The translations under genes were made by a program, and so were the position numbers. A stretch of DNA of 64,000 bases, from assembly GCA_963702425.1 (NCBI GenBank), contig CAVPCQ010000028.1:1-64000 (forward strand), given 5' to 3'. The notes below the pieces were generated by a model that worked only from the letters and a program-made list of their open reading frames with translations, had not been told where the DNA came from and made no database searches. Shown in pieces: positions 50,447-60,200 of the stretch (the first letter of the stretch is position 1; each line of letters opens with the position of its first letter). Origin of the DNA: an uncultured Acidobacteriota bacterium. Its GTDB lineage: Bacteria; Acidobacteriota; Polarisedimenticolia; J045.

Positions 50447-52072
50447 TCAGTTCTCGCCGTTGACGGCGATGCCGGTGGCTTCGCCCATCGGTGCGCTGCC
50501 GCCCCAGATCGCCGCGTTGCCCCAGACCAGGCTGAAACCGCTGGTCGAGGTGTTGCCCCAGATCGCCGCGTTGCCCCAGATCACCGCGTCGCCCCAGATC
50601 ACCGAGCCGCCCCAGATCACCGCGTTGCCCCAGATCACCGAGCCGCCCCAGATCACCGAGTCGCCCCAGATCGCCGCGGTGTCCTGCACGAGGCGGACCG
50701 ACCCGGTCGCGGAGTCGTAGACGGCACGGGGCGAGAGCGAGGGCTTGGTCGCCTTGTCGGTGTTCGCGAGCGCCGCCGCGATGTCCAGGTAGCCGGCGCC
50801 GACCGTGAAGATGTCGTACTGGCTGTAGTACGGAACCCCGGTCACCGGGTCGAACGCGGTGCTGGTCGTCGGGAACGCCTTCGAGGCGGTCTTCATCAGC
50901 CGCGCCTTGACCTGGTCCGGCGTGAGCGACGGGTCCTTCTGCAGCATCAGCGCGACCGCTCCGCTGACCATCGGCGCCGCCATGCTCGTGCCGCTCAGCC
51001 GGAAGTACGCCGCCCCGACCATGTTGCCCGGGTAGTTCTTCTCCATGTAGCTCACACCCTTGGTGCTGACCGAAACCACGCGGTTTCCCGGAGCGACGAG
51101 GTCCGGCTTGGCGACGTGATCGAACAGCGTCGGGCCCTTCGAGCTGTAGCTCGCGATGTAGTCATCGACTCTCGAGATCGTGTTGCCGCTCTTCATCGCG
51201 CCCACCGTAATCACGTACGGATCGTTGCCCGGCGCGCTGATCGTCGCGTAGCCGTTGGTGCCCTGCGAGTTGTTGCGGCCTTCGTTGCCCGCGGCGACGA
51301 CGACCACGATCCCGGCTTTCCAGGCCGCTTCCACGGCCTGACACAGCGGATCGACGAGGTAGCTCTGCTGGACCGGCCGACCGAGGGACAGGTTGATCAC
51401 GCGGATGTTGTAGGTGCTCTTCAGCGCGATCGCCCGCTGGATCGCGGCGATGACCGCGCTGTCGGTCCCCGTCCCGTTGTCGCCGAGCACTCGCAAGTTG
51501 ATGATCTTGGCGCCCGGTGCCACGCCCAGGTACTTCTTCGACGAGTCTTTCCCGATGCCGGCGATGATTCCGGCCACGTGCGTGCCGTGACCGTAGACTT
51601 CGTCGACTTTCGAGCCGACGAACGTCTCGCTGTAGACGCGTGCCTTGACCAGATCGGGAGGAGTCGAAACCCCGGAGTCGATGACGGCGACACCGATTCC
51701 GGTGCCGTCCCAGCCGGAGGTATTCGCGAAATCCGCGCCGATCGTCGGCCGGCTGTAGTCCATCGCCGGTGTCACTTCCAGATCCGGCGAGATGTACGCG
51801 ACGTCCGGATCGGCGGCCAGACTCTCCAGCTCTTCGGCCGGGAGCGAGTAGGCACCGCCCTTCACCAGGCCGAGTTCGGCCTTCATCGTGCCGCGCCGAC
51901 TCTTGACCTTGTCGTGCTGCTTCGCGGTCGGCGCGTCCTTGAACTGCACGATCACGTCGACGCGCTCGCCGGGCTTCTTGTTCTGAAGATCGCGGGCGAC
52001 CTTCGGCGAACCGGCGACAGCGAGGCCGACCGAGAGGAGGAGGATCGAGATCCAGATGCCGGCGCGTCTCAT
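50447..52072 (-). CDS. Secreted S8 subtilase with I9-like prodomain and C-terminal WG hexapeptide repeats
   Basis: VAVIDSG, HGTHVAG, AAGN, GTSMAAP; nine (I/V)WG repeats. Confidence 0.93.
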   Translation of the reverse strand: MRRAGIWISILLLSVGLAVAGSPKVARDLQNKKPGERVDVIVQFKDAPTAKQHDKVKSRRGTMKAELGLVKGGAYSLPAEELESLAADPDVAYISPDLEVTPAMDYSRPTIGADFANTSGWDGTGIGVAVIDSGVSTPPDLVKARVYSETFVGSKVDEVYGHGTHVAGIIAGIGKDSSKKYLGVAPGAKIINLRVLGDNGTGTDSAVIAAIQRAIALKSTYNIRVINLSLGRPVQQSYLVDPLCQAVEAAWKAGIVVVVAAGNEGRNNSQGTNGYATISAPGNDPYVITVGAMKSGNTISRVDDYIASYSSKGPTLFDHVAKPDLVAPGNRVVSVSTKGVSYMEKNYPGNMVGAAYFRLSGTSMAAPMVSGAVALMLQKDPSLTPDQVKARLMKTASKAFPTTSTAFDPVTGVPYYSQYDIFTVGAGYLDIAAALANTDKATKPSLSPRAVYDSATGSVRLVQDTAAIWGDSVIWGGSVIWGNAVIWGGSVIWGDAVIWGNAAIWGNTSTSGFSLVWGNAAIWGGSAPMGEATGIAVNGEN

Positions 52073-52116
52073 TTCAAATCTCCTGTGCCGGCTGCGGGAG
52101 CCGGCGCACTCCAGGG

Positions 52117-52132
52117 AGCAAGGCGTGTGCCG
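52117..52132 (-). promoter_or_regulatory. Putative sigma54 -24/-12 promoter
   Basis: Minus strand CGGCACACGCCTTGCT (GG-N10-GC), ~45 nt before the ATG; identical at 55780-55795. Confidence 0.7.
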
Positions 52133-52465
52133 TTCGCGCCGCCCCGCAACGCAGCCGATAAGTCGTTCGAGATCAAGGACATCGACGGTGGGAGCGGGAT
52201 CGTCGGGCGCCGCCCGGGGCCGTCCGATCGGCCATTCCGTCGCGGCGTCCTGGCCGGTTTCCGGACGGAGCGTCCGAGGGACGCACCGTGCGTGGGAAGC
52301 GGGAGCGCAGGGCCTTCGCTCGAATCAGGGAAGGGACGCGGGGAGGAGACCCGAGGGTCGCGGCGGCAAAGACAAGCTCAGCCGCTGCACCACGTCGGCT
52401 GGGGCTGAGCCGCAAGGGCGCCTTCCCTGCCGAGCCGAGGACGAACGAGGGGTGCACGAAACGAG

Positions 52466-52492
52466 CGGCGCGGGGCCTGGAGCCCCGCGCCG
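52466..52492 (-). terminator. GC hairpin 3' of subtilase 2
   Basis: Same 11-bp stem as 50391-50417 with a different loop. Confidence 0.65.
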
Positions 52493-52528
52493 GGATGAGA
52501 CTCGAAGGCCGTGTGAAACCGACCCTCT

Positions 52529-55500
52529 CTACGGTGCCGCCAGCACGTCGCCCCAGACGAGGCTGTCACCCCAGACCAGGGCGTCGCCCCAGATCACGCT
52601 GTCGCCCCAGACCAGGGCGTCGCCCCAGATCACGCTTCCGCCCCAGATCACGCTCTGGCCCCAGAAGCGGTTGTTGTCGTAGTCCGGCTCGCCCCAGACG
52701 ACGTTGTCGCCCCAGACGTAGCTGCCGCCCCAGACGTAGGCGTCGCCCCAGACGTAGGCGTCGCCCCAGATCCGGCTGTGGGTGTAGATCGCGTCGCCCC
52801 AGATCACGCTGTTGCCCCAGATCAGGGCGTCGCCCCAGATCAGGGCCTGCCCGTCGATCGTGGTCGACTTGGTGACGCCGGTCACCAGCCAGGTGCTGTC
52901 GACCGGGAGCGTGGGGTTGATGGCGTGGGCCAGCGTGAGCGCCCCGGCGGTGTTCAACGCGCCGGCCCCTTGCGCCAGCACGTGGTACGGCTGGCTGGCG
53001 GCGTCGGTCATCGGGCACGCCGTCACTTGCAGCATCGCCTTGATCGCGTGGACCGGCGGCGCCGCGCCGAAGGTCGCCTTCGCTTCCTCGATCATCAGCG
53101 CGACGGTGCCACTCACCGCTGCGGCCGCCATGCTCGTGCCGCTCAGCGTCAGGTACGGCCGGGTGCTGATCGTCTGCCGCAGCGCCGGGTAGTTCGTGTA
53201 GAGCGTCTGATTCGTCGCCGCGGCCGCGAGCAGCCGGCGAACCGGGCGCGACCAGGTCGGGCTTGGCGAAGCCGTCGTACCAGGTCGGGCCGCGCGAGCT
53301 GTAGTCGGCGATGACGTCGTCACCGCGCGTCGCCGTGTCGAAGGTCCTGATCGCCCCCACCGTGATGGCCGAAGGTGCGTTGCCCGGCGAGCTGATGCCG
53401 GTGTAGCCCACCTCGCCCGTCTGCGGGTTGGTCCCGTAGTTTCCGGCCGAGACCACCACGACGAGGTGCGCCCGCACGGCCGCTTCCACCGCCTGCACCA
53501 GCGGGTCGCTCGCCGCGGGCTCGTAGATCGGGTGGCCGAGCGACAGGTTGAGGACGTCGATGCCGTAGGTGGCCTTGTTGGCGATGGCCCAATGCACCGC
53601 GGCGATCACGTTGCTCGTGTAGCCGGACCCGTCGTTGCCGAGGACCCGCAGGCTGACGTACGCGGCGGCCGGAGCAACGCCCTTGCAACTCCGCCAGGTC
53701 GCCCGCCGATGAGTCCGGCGACATGCGTGCCGTGGCCGTAGCCGTCGAGCGGCCTCGATGTGCGGGGGGTTGGCATTGCCGGTCGTGAAGTCGCGCGTCG
53801 TCTTGATCCGGCCCGTGCCGCCGCCGTCCTGCAGCAGCCCGGAGTCGATCACCGCCACCGTCACGCCCGCGCCGGTGCGCGTGGTCAGCGGCGCGGTGCT
53901 CGGTCAGCGAGTCGAGCCCCAGCGTGCCGCGCAGGCTCTTGGTGCCAGCGCGTTCGCCGGGACCAGCGTGGCCGTCCGGTTGGCGGCGAACTCGGAGGTG
54001 TCGCTGAAGGTGGTGAACGTGTTGTTGCTCTTGGTCGCCGCCGCACTGACGACCGGGTCTGCCCGCGACCGCCGCTGAAGGTGGTCGCGGAAGCTGGCGA
54101 TGCCCGGGCATGGCTCGCGACGTGGACCGCGCCCAGATAGGTCTGGCCGACGCCGTAGCCCGGCTGTCGGCGCTCGCGTTGCCGAAGAACTCGACGCGGT
54201 AGTAGCTGTTGGCCGTGCTGTTCAGCGTGCCGGTGATCTCGACCTGCGTGCCGCTCGTTACGGACCTTGGTCAGGACCGGGAAGTTCTGCTGGTTGTTAG
54301 ACGCCCGTGTCCGCATCGCCCGCGTCGTTGGCGGTGACGCCGTCATCATTGAAGATCGATGCCCCATACCGGTAGTTGGAGTAGATGCTGTTGCCCAGAA
54401 TCGGCGTTGCTCGTCCGGCGTCGGAGCGGAACTCGACGCCGTCGCCAGCGGTTGTTGAACGCGATGACGTTGCCGATGCCCGCCGCCGTGCCGCCGACGA
54501 TGTTTCTGGTCGCACTGCGCGTAGAGCGATGACCCATCTGCCAGCTGGTGCCCAAGCTGACCTGCACCCGCCGCGCCGGGGGTGATGGAGTTGCCGGGTG
54601 ACCTGGTCGCCCGTGAAGATCGGCGGATGGCTCGACGCCGGCCACGTCGGTCGCCGCGATGACATGCGTCACCACGAGCGGTCGCTCCGACGACGTTGTC
54701 GGCGGCTTCACCATGATAGTAGATCGGCCAGCGCTGTTGCTGTTGTCGAGCGCCCCGGCGGCATCCGTCCGATGTAGTTGACGAGGACCACGCCGCCGGT
54801 GGAGCTGGCACCCTCGAGACACGACTTCGATCCGTCCTTTGCGCCGTGATCACGATGAGGATCGGCGATGTGGTGCCGCCGATCGTGTTGTTGCGCCGGA
54901 GCACTGTGATCCCGATGACCTTGGTAGTCGACTTCCGGTGCCGGAACCGGCAGCGGTCCCGGTCGGCGTGAGCCTCCCGATGTAGTTGCCGGCGATCGTG
55001 TTGCTGTCGGAGCCAGGCCTGGATCTCGATGCCGTCCCGCCGAAGTCGCGGATCACTAGCCTCGGATCGACGCGACCGTACGCGCGAGAGTGCGAGCAGG
55101 AGACCGTGAGGCGCAGCCTCTGGCGTTGGTGCCGTCGAGGATGATCGCCGGCCTGTTGCCGATCGGCGACAAAGCTGTCGTCCGTGGTGGCGTCGAGAAT
55201 GACGTGCTGGTGATGGTCGGTAGCGCCGAGCTCGGCGTGATCGTGTGCCGCCGGTGCCGGCGATGTTGAATCGGATCGTGCCGCCCAGGCATGGTCGTTG
55301 GCGTCGAAGATCGCCTGGCGCAGCGAGCCGGCGCCCGAGTTGCTCGTGTTGGTCACGGTGTAGATCGTGCCACCGTCGGCCCACGAGGACCTACGCTGCG
55401 TCGGAGGACAGGCTCACCACGTCCTGGTGCTTCTGCAGCGCCCGCAGCAGGCCCACCGGCACCTCGCCGGCGAAGCCGTCGATCAGGGAGAAGTCGTGCT

Positions 55501-55735
55501 TCACCCGCGCGCCCTGGGCACGCAGGGCTTTCACGAGCTGGCCCTTGGTCCCCGGCTTCATCGTCACGATCACGCGCTGGGGTTCGTCGTCCCCGGCGCG
55601 GAGGAGACGGTCCGCCAGCTCGCGGTCCACGCGCGCACCCTGCGGCTCCCGGTCAGGCCGGGCGTCGGGCGCGACGGCGAAGACGAGGCCGACCGAGAGA
55701 AGGAGGATCGAGATCCAGATGCCAGCGCGTCTCAT
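52529..55735 (-). pseudogene. Second S8 subtilase with inserted beta-helix domain and WG repeats; many frameshifts (pseudogene or poor consensus)
   Basis: Same leader MRRAGIWISILLLSVGL as subtilase 1. Fragments: I9-like region, VTNTSNSGAGSLRQAIFDAN, VAVIDSG, HGTHVAG, SAGN, GTSMAAA, about 15 WG repeats, spread over several frames. Confidence 0.8.
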
Positions 55736-55779
55736 GGGTAAGCTCCTGTGCCGGCTGCGGGAGCCGGCGCACTCCAGGG

Positions 55780-55795
55780 AGCAAGGCGTGTGCCG
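55780..55795 (-). promoter_or_regulatory. Putative sigma54 -24/-12 promoter (copy 2)
   Basis: Identical to 52117-52132 and at a similar distance from the ATG. Confidence 0.7.
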
Positions 55796-55985
55796 TTCGC
55801 GCCGCCCCACGAAGCAGCCGATAAGTCGCGTGAGATCAACGATATCGCTGGAGCGCGCGAGGCCAGCGGGTGCCGCCCGTGGCCGTCCGGTCGGCCATTC
55901 CGTCGCGGCGTCCTGGCCGGTTTCCGGACGGAGCGTCCGAGGGCCGGGCCTCCGGCAGACGGGACGCCCCATCGATAATCGCCGC

Positions 55986-56439
55986 ATGGACACCCCCGAG
56001 ATCGCCGCCCTCCTCGCCCACCTGCGCCTGGGGCTTCGCCACGCCGCACCAGTCCCGAAGTCCCGTTCCGCGCGAGGCCAACCACCTGCTGGCCGCCCTC
56101 GCGGAAGCACTCGAGCGCCGCGACGCGGCCCTCGACCCCGCCCTCGACGAAGCCGCGCTGGTGGCGCTCGAGCTGCTCGCGGAGGAGGACCTCGAGCTGC
56201 TCGCCGGGGACGGCCTCGACCTCGACGCGCTGGGCCGAGTCGGTCGCAGCCGCACGCGGGGCGCACCGCCCGGACCGCGCCGCGCGGCCTCCGAGTGCGA
56301 TCTGCCCGTCCGCAATCGTTCGCGTCCGCGCCTCGATGCGCACCCCGGTCCGTTCATCCTCGCGAGATCGCTCCTTACAAGGAACGACTCGCGAGGAAAC
56401 CTCCGAGCCGCGCTTGACGCTCCGCAGGGGGAGGCGTAA
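55986..56439 (+). CDS. Small acidic hypothetical protein (frameshift ~56070; 3' end uncertain)
   Basis: MDTPEIAALLAHLRLG joins REANHLLAALAEALERRD..; GATAAT lies 6 nt upstream of the ATG. Confidence 0.4.
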
Positions 56440-56525
56440 GCAAGACGGAAGCCCAGAGGGAGCCGGTGCGAGCCGAGCGCTCGCGTCTGCCGGCCTGCAC
56501 GCGGCGCCGCTGAGGGGAGGCGGCG

Positions 56526-57218
56526 ATGAAGTCACTGCCTGGCGCGGTCCCGGAAGCGGGCGGAAGGCGGCGCGCGCCGGCGAGGGACGCGCGCATCCTC
56601 AGCCTCGCGTGCCTCGCGCTCCCGGCGCTCGTCCTGGCGCTGGTGACGTCCGGCGCCGTCGCGTCCACCGTGCGCCCGCTCAACCTCGAGGAGCTGACGG
56701 GGCGCGCGGCGCAGGTCTTCGTCGGTCGCTGTACGGCCGTCGAGATCGTGACCGACGAGGTGCTCGGAGTGCCGGTGGCGGTCGCGACGTTCGAAGTCCG
56801 CGCCGTGCTCAAGGGCGCGGTCGCGCGAACCGTCACGATCCGCCAGCTCCCGGTCGCGGACGGCACCGCCGGCGGGCCTGCCGGCATCGCGGGGATGCCC
56901 GCGACACGGCCGGGGGAAGAGGTCCTGCTCTTCCTCTACGGCGCGACGGCCTCGCGCCTGACCGCACCGGTCGGGTTCGGGCAGGGGAAGTTCGCGGTCG
57001 TCGCCGACAAGTCCGGGCGACGCTTCGCGGTCAACGGATTCGGCAACCGGCACCTGTTCCGCGGCCTGACGGACGCGACCCGGCAGCGGCTCGGCCTGAC
57101 CCCCGCTGACGCCGCGGATCCGGGCGCGCTGCCGCTGGAGCGGCTCGCCGCGATGGTGCGCACGCTCGTCGCCGCACCGGCGGAGACGCCCGCGCCGGCG
57201 CCCGGGGAGGGGCGATGA
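56526..57218 (+). CDS. Secreted hypothetical protein coupled to the downstream metalloprotease
   Basis: GGGGAGG RBS; signal peptide; LNLEELTGRAAQVFVGRC, GEEVLLFL, VGFGQGKF; ATGA overlap with the next gene. Confidence 0.75.
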   Translation: MKSLPGAVPEAGGRRRAPARDARILSLACLALPALVLALVTSGAVASTVRPLNLEELTGRAAQVFVGRCTAVEIVTDEVLGVPVAVATFEVRAVLKGAVARTVTIRQLPVADGTAGGPAGIAGMPATRPGEEVLLFLYGATASRLTAPVGFGQGKFAVVADKSGRRFAVNGFGNRHLFRGLTDATRQRLGLTPADAADPGALPLERLAAMVRTLVAAPAETPAPAPGEGR

Positions 57219-60200
57219 GCGCGCGCGCCGGCGGTGTGCAGCGGCCCTGGCGCTCGCCGTCGCCCCGCGCTCGCCGGCGGTGCGCGGAGCGTCAACGGCC
57301 TGGGCCAGCCGATGGCGTGGCCGGCGGGCGCTCCGGTGGTCTACAACCCGGACGAGGGCTCGCTCGGCGTGCTCTCGAACGCGGACGCGCGCGACGCTCG
57401 TCGGGCAGGCCTTCGCCGAATGGGAGTCGGTGTAGGTCGTCGCCCCGCTGTTCTTCGACGACGTGGAGCGCGGCGTCCGGAGGCTGGAGCGTCGACGCGG
57501 CCGTCGGCGCGAACCCGTGGTCCCGTCGTCGGCGCGATCGAACAGCCCGATGACGAGCTGGCACTTCCCCGGTGCCGACCGGATCAGCGACTCTCGCCTG
57601 CTGCTGCAGCCACTCGCACGTGCTCCCCGCGCACGCGACGCTCCGCTTCCAGCACCGGGTCGAGCTGGAGGCCGGCTACGACGGCGGCGTGCTCGAGTTC
57701 AGCCTCGACGGCGGGACGGTCTGGCAGGACGCAGGCGCGATGATCGTCGAGAACGGGTACGACGGGACGCTCTCGACCTGCTGCGGCTCGCCGCTCGGCG
57801 GCCGCGCCGCGTGGTCCGGCAGCCACCGGCGCGTTCCGGCAGGTCACCGTCGACCTCGCGCCGCTCGCGGGGCAGAACGTGCGCCTCAGGTGGCGCGGGG
57901 CGACCGACAGCTCGGTCGGCGCCGAAGGCTGGTACGTCGACGACGTCAAGGTGACGTTCGAGCACCCCGTGCTCTCCTTCGTCGAGGGGCCGACGCTGCC
58001 GTGCAGGACGTCGACGCCGCGGGCGTCCCCGCGACCAACGCCGCGCACTGGAAGCACTTCTGGCGCGTCGACGGCGACGGCCTCTCGCCCGTGATCTTCG
58101 ACGCCGACGGCTCGATCATCGACTCGATGTTCGGCGCCGGGGCGCGCTTCGACATCCTGGGCGTCGCGGCGATCGACACGCCGATCGCGGTCGCGACGGC
58201 GATCACCGGCGCGAGCATCGTCGTCAACGGCGCGTTCCTCGACGGCGCTCGGCCTGCCGGACTCGCCCCCGGACGTGCCGACGATCGAGGCCGTCCGCGC
58301 GATCGTCGTCCACGAGGCCGGCCACTTCGTCAACCTCGATCACAGCGTCGTCAACGCCGAGCTGGCCGACGACGGTGACCCCGCCAACGACATCTACGTC
58401 CCGACGATGTATCCCGTGGCCGTGGACGACGAGGCCCAGATCGCGCGGCTCAACCCCGACGATGGCGCGGCGCTCTTCGGTCTCTACCGGAGCGAGGGAC
58501 CGCTGCTCGCCGGGACGGTCGTCGTCGCGGGACTGCCCTACCAGGGCGCCGAGGTGATCGCCCGCCGCATGGACGATCCGCTGCTCTACGCCTACTCGGC
58601 GGTCTCCGGGGCGCGTTTCTTCCCCTGCCACGCCGGCTCACCGTGCGACCCCTGCACGACCGCGTGCGATCCCGGCCACCCGCCCGAGCGCGGCGCCTAC
58701 ACGATCCGCGGGCTCGAGCCCGGCAGCTACGAAGTGACGCTGAGCCAGCTCGACACGCGCTTCGCGCTCGCCAACGGGACCTTCGTCGGGCCGCTCGCCA
58801 CGCCGCCGACCCTGCCCGGGCCGGAGGAGTGCTGGGACGCCTCGGAATCGGCCTCGGGCGACGCGGACGACCCGGACGCGTGCACCCCGCTGACGCTCGG
58901 CCGGCAGGGGGGGATCGACATCCATCTCGACGCGCTCCCCTCCAGCGACGGCAACGAGCCGAACGACTCGCGGGCGACCGCGGCGCCGCTCCCCGGCCTG
59001 GCGTCGGGCCGGGAGACGGCGGGGGCGACGCTCGCGCCCGGCGACGTCGACTTCTACGAGATTCCGGTGACCGGGGGTCGGAGGCTGGACGATCGACGTC
59101 GATGCGGCCGAGGTCGGTTCGCGCGCTCGATCCGGTGGCTGCGCTCTTCGACGCCGCCGGGACGATGCTGGCCGGCTCCGACGACGCGCTGGACCCCGAC
59201 TCCGGCGCCTTCTCGAAGGACCCGGCGCTGGAGTTCGTCCCGGCGGCCGACGGCACGGTCTGGCTCGCCGTCGCGAGCTATCCCGACACCGACTTCGACG
59301 GTGCGGGAGGGGTCAGCGCCGGCGCCTACTGGCTGCGCGTCGTGCACGACGGGGACGCGGACGGCGACGGCGTCGCGAGCGCAAGCGACAACTGCCCGAC
59401 CGTGACGAACTCCGGGCAGCTCGACAGCGACGCCGATGGGATCGGCGACGCCTGCGACGACGACGACGACGGGGACCTGCTTCCCGACGAGACCGAGTGG
59501 GCCTTCGGGACCGACCCGCTGAACCCCGACACCGACGGCGACGGCGTGCCGGACGGCGTCGAGGTGCTGCGCGGGACCTCGCCGATCGACGCCGGCTGGA
59601 TGCCGGGGATCTTCGGCGCGCCCCAGTCGGTCGACGCGGAACTGGAGGCGACCTGTCTGTTCGCCGCGGACCTTGATGGCGACGGCGACCTCGATCTGCT
59701 CGTGGGGCGCGACACCGCGGGCACCGACGAGGTGGCCTGGTACGAGAGGACCGCGACCGGAAGCTACGCTGCGCACACGATCTCGACGGCCGTGAACGGG
59801 CCGCGCGCGGTCTTCGCCGCCGATCTGGACCGCGACGGGGATCTCGACGCGCTGTCCGCCTCGTACGGCGACGCGACGATCGCCTGGTACGCGAACACGA
59901 ACGGCGCCGGCTTGTTCGGGCCGCAGCAGGTGATCGCCGAGGACGCCGACCAGGCGCGCTCGGTCCATCGCCGCGGACATCGACGGCGACTCGTACCCCG
60001 ACGTGCTGGCGACGACCGAGCTCTACGACCAGGTCCTCTGGTACCGCAACGACCGCACGCCGGGCGGACTCGGCGACTGGGATGGCGACGTGATCGCGAA
60101 CACCTAGCGACGACGCACGCGGCCGTGATCGCGGCCGACATCGATCGCGACGGCGATCTCGACGCGGTCTCCGTCGCGAACGGCCGGGCGAAGGGTCCGA

